A stretch of 64,000 bases of DNA from Callorhinchus milii. Its lineage: Eukaryota. Where the stretch lies: the NCBI RefSeq assembly GCF_018977255.1, contig NW_024704742.1, positions 124,870,001 to 124,934,000 of the forward strand. The letters are read 5' to 3'. Below are positions 1-11,786 of this stretch, piece after piece. The first letter of the stretch is position 1, and every line of letters begins with the position of its first letter. The position numbers and the translations under genes are program-made. The notes under the pieces are model-generated. The model was not told where the DNA came from. It saw nothing but the letters and a program-made list of their open reading frames with translations, and made no database searches.

Positions 1-284
1 TGGGCCAAATGACCTCTTTTCTCGCCCTGTGAGCCTATATAATTCTGTGTAAATGTCAGTTGCACATCACTCTCTTTATTGCTGTTTAAAATCAAATGTT
101 TATTATGTTTTGGATTTGCTGCCTGAGATAGGTTATGAAATCTCTGACATTATCTTTCTATCTCCCTCGAACATGCCTTCTGTAGGAACATAGAAACAAT
201 GCATACACAATGCTTTTAACAAGCATTATCCACAAGTAAAGTTTACAACAATTGCACAAAAATACTATATTAAAATAGTGTATT

Positions 285-468
285 CGAACATTGCTATTGG
301 ATTTTTAACAACCATCTGAACAGGCAGATGGGACCTAGTTTTAACAGTTTTAACTTTAAACTGAGTGTCAGTTTAGACTACGAGTTCAAAGTCCCAATGT
401 GGGGCATGAACCCGCAATCTTCTGCTTCAGATGTGAGAGTACTATCAACTGAGCACTGCTGACATCTA
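285..468 (-). mobile_element. Old DeuSINE-like (SacSINE1/AmnSINE-type) SINE fragment
   Basis: Reverse complement has a tRNA-like head (CTCAGTTGATAG...GGGTTCATGCCCCAC) and the motif CCATCTGCCTGTTCAGATGGTTGTTAAAAATCC shared with other copies in the window. Confidence 0.75.
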
Positions 469-481
469 TGTTTTACTGGAT

Positions 482-595
482 TATAATAATAATCCTTGCA
501 TTTAATAATAATCCTTATCACGTTTTCTACACGTCTCAAAGCACTTCACAGAATATACTGGAAAGTGAATAGACTGTATATTTTGTGGGCGAAAT
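482..595 (-). mobile_element. 3' half of SINE with (ATT)n tail
   Basis: Matches the 3' end of the full copies (e.g. 9787-10120). Confidence 0.8.
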
Positions 596-1584
596 AATAC
601 AGTAAGAAAAGAGATGGGGAGAGGAAAGAATCATAAATAGACATAGTTTAAATGATCATGTTTTTCACAAAATTATTCTGTGCAAAAAAAAGGAAATTGA
701 AAGTAATTCAGGTGACAAGATTTTGAGGTGAAGCACAGTTTATAGTTGTGAGGTTCCAAAGTAACCTTTTTTCTTGATAGGATCATGTTCTCATTCAGTT
801 AGTCCCCCAGAACCTCCATCAAATTGCATTGAAAATAATGAGGCTTCTTACAATTTCTGGTTGAAATCCCATTTAAGATGGTGGAAATCTCTGACATTTC
901 CAGTTAGACATCTCTATTTCTAGCTTGGAGTTAGGGCAAATATTTTAAATCTGTAAATATCTAAAGAAAGCTCTGTTTCCCCAAAAACCTTAAATATTCT
1001 AGAAAGGGAAGAACTGTTCTGAATATTAGTGCTATTAATATTTAATTTCTAAATACATACAAGTACTTAAAAACCTTTGGAATTTCTGTAAACATGAATA
1101 ACTGACATAATATTTTTGCTTTCACAGATATGGAGTCAGGAAGTATGAGGGACAAATGTAATAACAAATATTAATAACATTGGACGCATAGGCTTAAGCA
1201 GAAGAGATGCCTTTAAAGAGTAAAAGGCGATTATGTTAAAGCATAAATGGAGCATTAACATTTTTAAAATCCCCAACAGTCTAATCTAATCTAACCTTGG
1301 TCAATCCAATTTTTTAAAATGTAGGGTAAAGTTTAAAGCAGTCACTTGAATTATTTTTGTCAGCATCTGTTTTTCATGCATTTGTTCAACTTCTAAATAT
1401 CCACATAAAAAGCCAGTGGTTCCCATTTCAAATGGTCCTTCTTTCGCTCTTCACTGCAAAGTTCTGTTTTCCTTTGAAAAATACCTCCCCCTCCTCCCTT
1501 GAGTAAAACAAATGAAAATGTATCATTCGGGAAACTTTCTGGATTTTTACTAGCTTCCTATTACGTACAAAGAATGAATTACCA

Positions 1585-3146
1585 CCTGCTGCCTCCATCA
1601 TCCCTCCCCACCCAGCTGCTGGTCAGTCAAGTCCCCTTCCTCTCCCCCCTGCTGGCCGACACAGTCAACCGGTCTCTCTTCTCAGGCTGTGTTCCACTCC
1701 TCCTGAAAATCGCTGTCATCCCACCCTCCTCAAAAAACCCACCCTCAATCTCTCTATTCTCTCACATTACCATCCTATTTCCAACCTGCCCTTCCTTGCT
1801 GAAGTCCTGGAAAGCATTGTTGCAGGTCAACTGCGGTCACACGTCTCACTCTACTCCCTCCTTGAACATCTGCAGTCTGGTTTTTGCTCTACCCACAGCA
1901 CAGAGACAGCGCTTGTCAAAGTCACAAACAATGTCCTCTCTATCTGTGACCGGGGCTGCCTCTGCTTCCTCATTCTCCTGGATCTCTCTGCTGGGTTCGA
2001 CACAGTTGACCACCCCATCCTCCTCCACCACCTCTCCTTCCTCATCCACCTTAATGGACTTCACTCGCACGGTTCGAGTCTTACTTAACCAACCGCCTCT
2101 ACTTCATCTTGGCAAATGGTTTCTCCTCCCGTCCCCACTCAGTCACCTGTGGGATACCCCAAGGCTCCATCATTGGCCATCTTCTTTTCCTTATCTATAT
2201 GCTCCCTCTGGGCGATGTCATCTGCAGATACGGGGTAAACTTCCACACGTATGCGGATGACACACAAATCTACTTTGCCTCCTCCAGTACCAACTGCCGA
2301 TGTTCTATCCGCTTGTCTGGCAGACATCAAGCCCTGGATGAATGCAAACTTCCTGCAGCTGAATGTGGATAAGATGGAGACCATACTCCTTGGTCTCGTC
2401 AAAGTCTTCACTCCTGTGGATCTGAACTCCTGAACCTCCCTGGGCTCTCCTTCAGACTCACCAAACCAGGGCGCAATCCAGGCATCCGGTTTGACCCCTA
2501 ATTGTCCTTCCTCACCCGGTTGACCGCTTTCTTCCACCTCTACCACATTGCCCGCCTCTGACCATACCTTACCCCAAATGCAGCCGAAACCCTTGTGCAT
2601 GCGTTTGTGACCTCCCACTTGGATTACTCAAATACACTCCTCGCCGGTCTCCCCAGCTCCACTATTCAAAAGATCCAGCTCATTCAGAACTCTGCTGCCT
2701 GGATACTGACCCAGACGAAACCCTGTACCATCTCACCAGTTCTGGCCAGGCTCTACTGGCTCCCCACCACCGAACGGATCGACTTCAAGGTCTTCGCACT
2801 CATGTTCAAATCCATTCACTCCCTGGCACTTCCCTATCTCTCCGACCTCATCACTCCCCAATCCATCACCCGGCGCCTCCACTCAAATGGCACTGGCCTC
2901 CTGCTCATCCTTTACCATCTCCGCCCCACCATCGGAGTCACTACGACCTGAAACTCTAGAACACTCTCCCTCAATCCCTCTGCCTTGCCCACTCCTCTTC
3001 TTCAAGATCTGCCTGAAAACCTTCCTCTTCGACCGTGCTTGCGGCCACCTTCCCACCCCAGGCGCAGAGTCAGGCTCCGCCACTGTTAAGCGCTCTGAGA
3101 TGCTACCCTGCGTGGAAGGCACAATATAAGTGCAAGTTGTTGTTGT
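1585..3146 (+). mobile_element. L2 LINE (lineage B), 5'-truncated, frameshifted reverse transcriptase pseudogene
   Basis: Across frames: HPISNLPFL, QSGFCSTHSTETALVKV, LLDLSAGFDTVDH, GIPQGSI, YADD (2250-2261), HAFVTSHLDYSN, LQ/IQNSAA; 3' end CGCTCTGAGATGCTACCCTGCGTGG...GCAAG(TTG)n. Confidence 0.93.
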
Positions 3147-3254
3147 ACTACTGATTCATCGAAAGCTAATCAGATTCAGTAACAAATTGTATCATCCACA
3201 ATCTTTCCTCCCATACCTTGCCGTGCCTGGCCTAATCAGGTGTCCCATTTCTCT

Positions 3255-3615
3255 ATTATAATCCTTTCATGTTGGTAATATGTCTCTAAGCGTTTCGCAA
3301 GATTTATTTTAGCGACTGTGTATTTTTAGGCAAACATGTCAGCAAATTTGCAGACACCAATGTCTCACAGACATGAAACGATTGATCGATTTTTATCTGT
3401 GGATTGTTGTCCAAGACACCAGGAGAAACCCCCTTTCCTTTTCGAGCAGCATCATGGGATCTTTAACATCCACCTGAACAGGCAAATGGAACTTCGCTTC
3501 AATGAGGAGTATCAGCTTAGTCCGAGAGTTCAAAGTCCCCGAAGTGGGGTGGTGGGGGCGGCTTGAGCCCACAGCCTTCTGCCTCGGAGTACTGCCAGCT
3601 GAACCAGGCTGACAT
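3255..3615 (-). mobile_element. Old DeuSINE-like SINE
   Basis: Reverse complement contains TTCAGGTGGATGTTAAAGATCCCATG...CTCCTGGTGTCTTGGACAAC and a tRNA-like head ending near 3615. Confidence 0.8.
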
Positions 3616-4550
3616 CCAAATTCTACAGGATCACACAAAATAAAAAAGGAGGTATTGGAGAGGGGAAGGAAAGAAACACAAATAGATATGAACGTGTTTT
3701 TCATTAAATGATTTTGTGTCAAAAGATGGACATTGACAAGCTTTTCCTTTTGAAGCTGTGACTCATTGGCTTATATTCATAATATTTTTCAACCGATGAA
3801 TTGATTTGCAGACTTAGGACCACATGTTGGGCTCACTTTAAGACTCACAAAACAATATTTTGATTTGAAAATGGCTGGACTGCCGGGTTTAACAGTTTGT
3901 TAAGAAGATTTGTGCATAAGAGAGAAACCTGGAGCTTTATGTAAATTACGTGGTGTATTGTGGATGATGATAGATTGTACTTTCACTATCATTTAAGCAG
4001 ATTTTACAATGGATTTTAACCAAGATGCTATCAATATTTCTGTATTTTTAGTAACGGATAGTATACCACAGTGTAGTCTTATTCTCTAAGATATAAACCA
4101 CTTTTAATTTAGAAAGCAATATTGAAATTACATAAACAGTTTAATATTTTAAATGATTCCTTGCAATTTATAATACAGCATTGTCCCATAATGTTAAATA
4201 ATCCTTTTGAAAGTACCAAGCAATCCATCGTATACTGAAAATAATTGCTTTAAACCGCGGCATTTTGGAAATATTTAAATTAAAAAAATGTTTCTTTAAC
4301 AAAAAATACTTGCAGAGAGAAGCAGACCTGTCAAACGTGGGACAACATGAATGTTGCCATGGAGAACATTAGAGGTCTTCTTGACAGCCATATAATAATA
4401 ATAGTTTTTGTATTTGATATAGCCCCTTTCATATCAGGGGAATATCTCAAAGTGCTTCACAGAATTTATTGCAAAGAATTCCTTTGCTTTGCTTCATAGT
4501 AAAATCTTGGAAAGCTCTTTGATATGTTCCAACAATGTGACAAGATACAA

Positions 4551-4859
4551 TTCTTGTATTTGATATAGCACCTTACCACATCTTCGAGACGTCTCAAAGC
4601 GCTTCACTGAATATACCGTAAAGTGAATTGACTGTATATTTTGTGGGCAAAACACTGCAGTCAATTGCACACAGCATTGTCCCACGAACAGTTATGGATT
4701 GAGTGACCAAATGATCTTTTTTAAGGGATTATTAGCCCCAGAAAAGTCAATCGACTTTGAGGTGTGTGGTGTAACCGAAACTTGCCCAGCGTATTGCCCT
4801 GCCCGGGAATCAAACCCAGCTTGCAAGGCGAGTGCTCTAAACAATATGCTACAGGAACC
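4551..4859 (-). mobile_element. tRNA-Ala-like SINE, older diverged copy retaining part of the long middle segment
   Basis: Colinear with young copies; extra ~24 bp (rc CAAAGTCGATTGACTTTTCTGGGG) between CCACACACCT and TAATAATCC. Confidence 0.85.
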
Positions 4860-5154
4860 CATTATTAATTATGATTATGATGTTCTTGTTGTTATAGCAC
4901 CTTTCACATCCTCCCAATGTGAAAGGCACCGTACAAATTTAGTTTGTTATTGTTGTTGTTATGCACCAAATTCTCAGTCATTCCACTTGAGAATAATTAC
5001 TGTCAAGTTCTTTGAAATGTTTCATCATATTATTAGGCACAATATCGAATGCAACTTGTTCCATTCATAAACTGCATGCCACATTTATTCTGTGTCTCAA
5101 TGTGATAATGGATATAAGGATACATTTTTGCCTGAATAGAATAGAAATGGATAA

Positions 5155-5610
5155 CAACAACAACAACAACAAGATTCCATTTATAAAGCGCCTTTCACGT
5201 CAGGAGGACGTCCCAAGGCGCTGCACAGTTGGGTCATGACCCGAGCAGGGGGGAAATGGTCAGGGTGAGGGAAGGGAGGGAGGAAGGAGGGGGGAAATGG
5301 TCAGGGTGAGGGGAGGGAAGGGAGGGAGCGAGGAGGGGGAAGAGAGTCGAGAGGGGAGCTGAAGGCACGGTCAAAGAGAAAGGTTTTGAGACCGGCCTTG
5401 AAGGAGGAAAGGGAGGAAGCAAGGCGAAGGCACTGGGGGATGGAGTTCCAGAGCCTGGGGGCTGAGAGGCTGAAGGCCCGACCACCGATGGTAGGGCGGT
5501 TGGGGCGGGGGACGTGGAGCAGACCAGAGCCAGAGGAACGGAGGGTACGGGCAGGTAGGTAGGGGGATAGTAGGTTGGAGAGGTAGGAGGGAGCAAGGCC
5601 ATGAATGGAT
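5155..5610 (-). mobile_element. Young L2 (lineage A) 3' fragment with internal ~40-bp tandem duplication
   Basis: SIHGLAPSYL...GGRAFSLSAPRLWNSIP...SFKAGLKTFLF; (TTG)n tail; flanked by AATGGATAA at 5146-5154 and 5604-5612. Confidence 0.93.
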
Positions 5611-5615
5611 AAGAA

Positions 5616-5943
5616 CAGTAGTGTACTGGATTCCCCAAAAGGGCTCGGGAATTTACGGTAAAGTGGCGGCACCGGTTTTCAGGGAGCACTGATTTGAGGA
5701 CGGGGGGATAGTGAAACATTTTTTGGGTTTAAATAGGAGGGTGGGATCTGGATGTCGATCATTTGTCACTCATCAGGGAGGTTGGGCTCTGAGGGATGTT
5801 TGGACGGCCTGAGCTGGATCCATCACCTGGATGTCACACTCTGGGTTGGTAAGTATGGGAAGCCAATCACTGGGAGGCTCGGAAACCATTCATGGGGATA
5901 CTTGGGAAATTTCCCAATATCCCATAGAGCCAATCTGCCCCTG
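5616..5943. mobile_element. Non-autonomous DNA transposon (MITE), hAT-like termini
   Basis: Left end CAGTAGTGTACTGG, right end rc CAGGGGCAGATTGGC; flanks GATAAGAA/GGTGAGAA (6/8); related copies at 14968 and 30286. Confidence 0.65.
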
Positions 5944-7059
5944 GGTGAGAAAGGAATGTCAACTGGCGAGGTTACAATGGTAACAACAGACTGGAGTTCT
6001 ATAGACTGTACGTGACCTGTAGACACCTACTGTTGTTATTGGCTATTCTGTCAACATTGTTTGCCTAGACTTTTAGGTCTTAATGTTTGCCTTTGAACCT
6101 CTCTTGTGACAGTGTTTGCACTGGCTAATGTGCATTAAATGTGGCGTATTGAAAGCACGTAGTCCTTGTAAAGCTGACTTCCGCCTCACACTGAAGGCTG
6201 GTGCTGTTCCAGCGTAGATCTCGTTGCCCACTCACACACGATTTCCCTGCGTAGATCTCTCCCTGGGTGAAGAGGTAAATCAACAGCCGAACGATCCTGG
6301 ACACCAAAATGTTCAGGGTTTATGACACAGCCATCAGCAATCTTGAAGGAAGTGAAAAGACCCCATAAATCACTTTGATGTGTTATTTTTTCCTAAGAAA
6401 GCGTAATGCAAGCACTCTACAAGTGTAACCATCTGGTAGGAGCTCTGTTGAAACTGTTTATATAAGCCGTTTCTAGAGAGATAGGATGGCGTAACACCAG
6501 ATTTCCATATACTGAATAAATATTTGAGACCAAGGAACCAGCTGTTTTCAGGATGCCATTAAGGGACTAGAGTGCTAAAGCAGTAGATCGAAACAGCGAT
6601 CATCAGCTCAGTCAATGGTCTGGCATTCCCCAGTCAGCCTGCGGTCTCATAGCAGCAGTCTGGTTATTTTCTCCTTGTTTGACAGAATGGCAAACGGCGC
6701 ACAGATTGCACTAATCTTACGTTGATTCTTGTGAAGAGTTTTATTAATTCAACGTTCACAACAACAAATTAATGAACTAGTTTTGTTGTTTGTTGCCAGG
6801 CCCTCATGTGTGTTTAGCGTTGCCTATCATTCTGTTCATTATGGACTGAAGAGCACATTACTGGGTAACTAAGCTTCACTGGAATGGTGCTCAGTGTTAA
6901 TTCTTAGACCATATCCATAGGCTGTACTTGTTCTGAGTTTTATTTCTGACAAGTGCAGAGAATGTCTATCAAACATACTCGCCTTGCCTTTGTAAGTGAG
7001 AATGATTTTAAAATTGGAGAAATATGTAACTCCATTTGTTTCAGGTCATATGAGCACAT

Positions 7060-7475
7060 CATCTCTCAGCCCCATTGGATCCCTATCCCCCAGCTGTTCG
7101 AATTCAAGATCTTCGTCCCCACGTTCAAATCCCACCACAGACTCACCCTACCCAGTGCAATTGGCTGCCTTGTTTCCCCACAAAATACACAGTCAATTCA
7201 CATTACAGTATATTCTGTGAAGCGCTATGAGACGTCTCGAAGACGTGATAAGCACTATATCAAATGCAAGGATTATTATTATTATCTCCACGACCTCCAA
7301 AAAACGACTGACCTTACCAATCCATCTGTTCAAGTAATGGTGGGTGGCTAGCTTCATGTTCCTCTCCCAACCCATTCTACCCCCAGCTTTATGGAACTCC
7401 ATCCCGGAATCCCTCCCCACTTTTAAAGCCCACCTTAAAACCTCTTCGACACTTCAATCATCTCTCCCCCTCTGC
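7060..7475 (+). mobile_element. Degraded L2 pieces interrupted by a SINE 3' half (7155-7285)
   Basis: HWIPIPQLFEFKIFVPTFKS L2-like motif, TGGAACTCCATCCC motif, SINE tail with (ATT)n. Confidence 0.7.
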
Positions 7476-8676
7476 TCACCTTAGAGAAAATGTAAATTGC
7501 ATTGTATTGATGTCTAATGCCTCTGCTCAGTCTCAGTCTCAGTCACACGTTTTATAAGGACTGTTCTGAAGCTTTTTTCTGCTCTCTTATGCTCTTGGTC
7601 ACTTTCACTTCTGTCATCAGAACAGCAACCTGTAAGCCAATTCTCTAGGTTTTGTTTTTAAATAAAAACAATAATTTAAATATTTGACTATTTAAAAATG
7701 TACTTCCTTCTCTCTCTCTCCCCCTTCACAATATATCTACGCCTTGGTTAGCTTCCCCTCCCTCCAGCATAAAGTACAGAGTAATGACATGATTCAGCAT
7801 GACACTGAGGGAGAAACCAGAAAAATTGATAATTTAGTTGCAAAAATGGTTCAGTGCAAAGCACAAAGAACAATGCTTTTGACCTCCAGCACACAGAGAA
7901 TAATTTCACCACACCAGTTGCTTGATTCGCCCACAAACACACAGTCAATCCACTTTACAATATGTTCTGTGAAGAGCTTTGAGGCATTTCAACGACATGA
8001 TAAGGCGCTATATCAAATGCCAGATTATTATTAAGCAAATTGTTTAATGTTTTGAAAATGAATGGAATGGGAAAAAGATTTTTTAAATACATTTTCAGAA
8101 TTACCGTCTGATGAAGGGAGGACTGAAAGAAATATTTCCTCTATTCTTCAATGGGTGAACCTGAATTCAGGATTGTTCTGTGACTGAGTGATCGCTCAAG
8201 AGTAGCCATCACCGCAGCACTGTAAACATCATTTGGACAAGCAGTTTTTCTGCTCAACTTGTTTTGATGCTGATGAAGGTGGACGTTTTTCTGAAATGGA
8301 ATGGAATGATCTGAAGCGTTTTTTCAATCAGTGACACACTAAGGATTGTTGAAAATTGCTTTGGTAACATTTTCTGAAGATTTGATTCATGGCTGAAAAT
8401 GAATGGTGAACAATAAGAAGCAATAGGAGAAGGGAGAAAGATAGGGCTTTTCACACTGAAAGGATGTCTCAAAGCGCTTCATATGATTTACCACAATGTG
8501 CAGTAAAGTGTACTTTGAAGGTGTTATATACATAGAGAAGGGTGGTTCTCCCAGTGTATTAGCCAACAATCCCTGAAATAAAATTGGTCATTCATTTCAT
8601 GGCTGTTTGTGGGACATTGTTGTGTGCAAATTGGCTGCCACATTTGCCTACAAAGTCTTTACATTTGAAATTAAGC

Positions 8677-8968
8677 AACAACAACAACAACAACAAGATT
8701 CCATTTATTGAGCGCCTTTCACGTCAGGAGGATGTCCCAAGGCGCTGTACAGTTGGGTCAGGACCCGAGCAGGGGGGAAATGGTCAGGGTAAGGGGAGGG
8801 AAGGGAGGGAGCGAGGAGGGGGTAGAGCGTTGAGAGGGGAGCTGAAGGCACGGTCAAAGAGAAAGGTCTTGAGACCGGCCTTGAAGGAGGAAAGGGAGGA
8901 GGCAAGACGAAGGCACTGGGGGATAGAGTTCCAGAGCCTAGGGGCTGAGAGGCTGAAGGCCCGTCCAC
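8677..8968 (-). mobile_element. Young L2 (lineage A) 3' fragment inserted in an L2-B-type tail
   Basis: Near-identical to 5155-5483; flanks rejoin as TTAAGCACTCTGAGACGCTACCCT (compare 3086-3110). Confidence 0.9.
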
Positions 8969-9254
8969 TCTGAGACGCTACCCTATGTGGAGGGTGATAT
9001 ATAAGTGCAAGTTGTCGTTGTTATTGTTGAAATAATGCCTTTCATGTTAGGAGGCTTCTTAAAGGGCTTCACAGGATTCACATTTAAAGTTTTTTTCTGT
9101 AGGCAAATGTAAAAGTGATGCTGCACCTTAGAGATGGGTCACAGCATTTTTTGTGAGAGTGCATGTGGATCATTTATTTTTTTCACCTAAACATCTGCAT
9201 TCAGTGATTTTACTTATGAACCCTACTTCCTTTCTCAAAGTTAAAGTTCTTACA

Positions 9255-9520
9255 TTAGAATATATTAGAATATCCAGCACAGAAACAGGCCATTCGGCCC
9301 AACTGGTCTATGCCGGTGTTTATGCTCCACATGAGCCTCCTCCTGCCCTTCCTCAACTAAGCCTTCAAGCATAACCTTCTATTCCTTTCTCCTTCATGTA
9401 CCTATCTAGCTTTGCCTTTTATGCTATTTGCCTCAACAACGCCTTGTGGTACCATGTTCCTCATTCCCACTACTCTCTGTATGAAGAAATTTCTTCTAAC
9501 TTCCCTAGTTGATCTATTTG
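9255..9520 (-). mobile_element. CR1 LINE 3' end fragment
   Basis: RRNFFIQRVV...VVEANSI motif and CR1-type 3' UTR (GGGCCGAATGGCCTGTTTCTGTGCTG). Confidence 0.85.
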
Positions 9521-9786
9521 TGACTATTTTATTTTCAGAATGACCTCTCTTGTTTTTAGCAGCAACATATGTAGCACTGAATAACTGAATGCACTGAACT
9601 GGGCTTGAGGCTTTGGCCTCGGGACTAATCCATGATCGGTTACTCTTACTATTGTTAAGCCATAGCATCAAAGGACAAATCAAATGCTTGTGGGACATTG
9701 AAATTGTGTCCTATTCTGTTCTTACCCAATTCCCCTTTTTGCATTCCTGGTCTATATTGCTCCATTCTATACTCAGCAGTTAAAGC

Positions 9787-10089
9787 GGAGTCCTGTAGCT
9801 CAGTGGTTAGAGCACTCGCTTTGCAAGCAAGAGACCCGAGTTCAATTCCAGGCAGGGCGAAACCTTGGGCAAGTTTCCTTACTCCACACGCCTAATAATA
9901 ATCCCTCCAAAAAAACAAAAACAATAATAAATTGGTCATTTTCAATCTACGACTGTTTGTGGGACATTGCTGTGCGCAATTGGCTGCCGCGTTCGCCCAC
10001 AAATATACAGTCAATTCACTTTACAGTGTGTTCTGTGAAGCGCTTTGGGACGTCCTCCCGATGTGAAAAGCGCTATATCAAATGCAAGG

Positions 10090-10120
<31 letters not shown>
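9787..10120 (+). mobile_element. Young tRNA-Ala-like SINE, full length (CTCCC-loop tail)
   Basis: A box TAGCTCAGTGG, B box GAGTTCAATTCC, anticodon arm CTCGC-TTTGCAA-GCAAG, L2-like tail, (ATT)n; possible TSD TTAAAG. Confidence 0.95.
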
Positions 10121-10121
<1 letters not shown>

Positions 10122-10794
10122 AGTGAACCCATATTATAACAAAGCCCATTCTACTGTAATTGTACTGTAAGTCTACTGTAGGTGTTAGCGTGGCTCTGAT
10201 GGTGGCAGGGAGGTTAGGGTGGCACAAGCAAATGCAACAATAACAACTTGCATTTATATAGCTTTAGCAGAGTATTGGAGCTTGGGGCTTATATCTGGGT
10301 GGTATGCATCTTCCCCCAGAAGTTGCAAGCTTGTTTGCTGGATTTGTGATTGTACCTTCACAGGATATGACTCATTTTGAGCAAGATCAGCGGCAATACC
10401 TACTAACAGGATTATTGACCTCCACGTGATAAATTATTTTAGATTTTTTTTCAGGAGTATGGAAATTCCCTGTAGCGCAGGCAAGTTAGAAACTGTTTTA
10501 TATTTAAAGAAGCAGAAAGGTGCAGGTCATTCCATCTGCAGGGGTTAGGCAGGCCAGTGCTCTAGAGAACTAAAGATGTGTGGTCTTACTTTGCTTGGTC
10601 AAAGCTTGGTTTAAGTGCTTATTTGTGTCGCCTTAAAATGAAGTGTTTTTGCAATATTCTCAGTGTGAAACTTTCTGTAGCCAATCTCATCATTACTTTC
10701 ACACTTGGATTAAAATCAACTACTCAGTTTTAATGGCCATTACCTTCAGATAAGTGTGTTCAAGAAACCTTTATTCACTTGTTTGCAAACGTGA

Positions 10795-11075
10795 CACAAT
10801 TATATAAAGAAAACAATATCATCCTTGCATTTCATATAGCGCTTTTCACCTCAGGAAAACGACTCAAAGTGCTTCACAGGATACACTGTAAAGAGTTTTT
10901 AGCAGGTGAACGCTGTTGCCAAAACTCCCATCACTTTTTGAATAGAGTCATGGGATTTTAACGTGCATTGGAACACGCAGAAGGGACCTCAGTTTAACAT
11001 CTCAAACCCGAAGGACGGTACCTTCAACAATGAGGAGCACCTTCATGCACTGCATTGATGACTTAGCCTGGTCTA
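10795..11075 (-). mobile_element. Old DeuSINE-like SINE fragment
   Basis: CATGGGATTTTAACGTGCA...CTCAGTTTAACATCTC motif plus tail. Confidence 0.7.
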
Positions 11076-11270
11076 TGAATTCGGCCTGGTCTATGACGTC
11101 TAATTCAGGTATATAAAATGGAAGGATTATTATCAGAAACAGTACTGTTCACAGACATTCTCAAATCTACTACGTTTCTTTTATTGCTGAGACAGATCAT
11201 CATAGTTGTTTTGTCATCATCACTCCTGGATTAATATCACAAACCATAATTGTCCCCGTGATAGCTATCT

Positions 11271-11540
11271 GGAGTCCTGTAGCTCAGTGGTTAGAGCACT
11301 TGCCTCGCAAGCGAGAGACTTGGGTTCGATTCCCAACAGGGCAAAACCTTGGGCAAGTTTCCTTACTCCACACGCCTGATAATAATCCCTCAAGAAAAAA
11401 ATACAATAATAAATTGATCACTTCAATCCACGACTGCCGCGTTTCGCCCACAAATATACAGTCAATTCACTTTACAGTATATTCTGTGAAGCGCTTTGAG
11501 ACGTCTAGAAGATGTGAAAAGCGCTATATCAAATGCAAGG

Positions 11541-11586
<46 letters not shown>
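11271..11586 (+). mobile_element. Young tRNA-Ala-like SINE (TAGAA-loop tail), ~30-bp internal deletion, long (ATT)n
   Basis: Colinear with 9787 copy; deletion between two CTG; possible TSD TATCT. Confidence 0.93.
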
Positions 11587-11589
<3 letters not shown>

Positions 11590-11679
11590 CTCCAAGTTTC
11601 ACTGATGAGCTAGACAGGAAGTCTTACAGACATGTTCCCCCATCTTCATCTCCTCCCTCCTCCCCATCAAACAAGGATA

Positions 11680-11786
11680 CGTTTTGCCCACAAACTATAC
11701 AGTTAATTCACTTTACAATATATTCTGTGAAACGCATTGAGACATCCTGAAGATGTGATAAGGCGCTATATCAAATGCAAGGATTA
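11680..11786 (+). mobile_element. SINE 3' half whose (ATT)n tail is split by the Helitron-like element
   Basis: Ends ATCAAATGCAAGGATTA; TATTATTA resumes at 12484. Confidence 0.8.

Noticed and set aside
1499..2260. 253-aa ORF as a host protein
   Set aside because: Mosaic of in-frame and out-of-frame L2 RT sequence
8108..8130. CTGATGA...GAAA hammerhead-like core
   Set aside because: Stem II barely pairs and no stem I/III is evident; could be chance or a very old Penelope remnant
9787..9860. tRNA-Ala gene calls at SINE heads
   Set aside because: Each is followed by the same SINE body and (ATT)n tail, with no T-run terminator right after the head; they are SINE promoters
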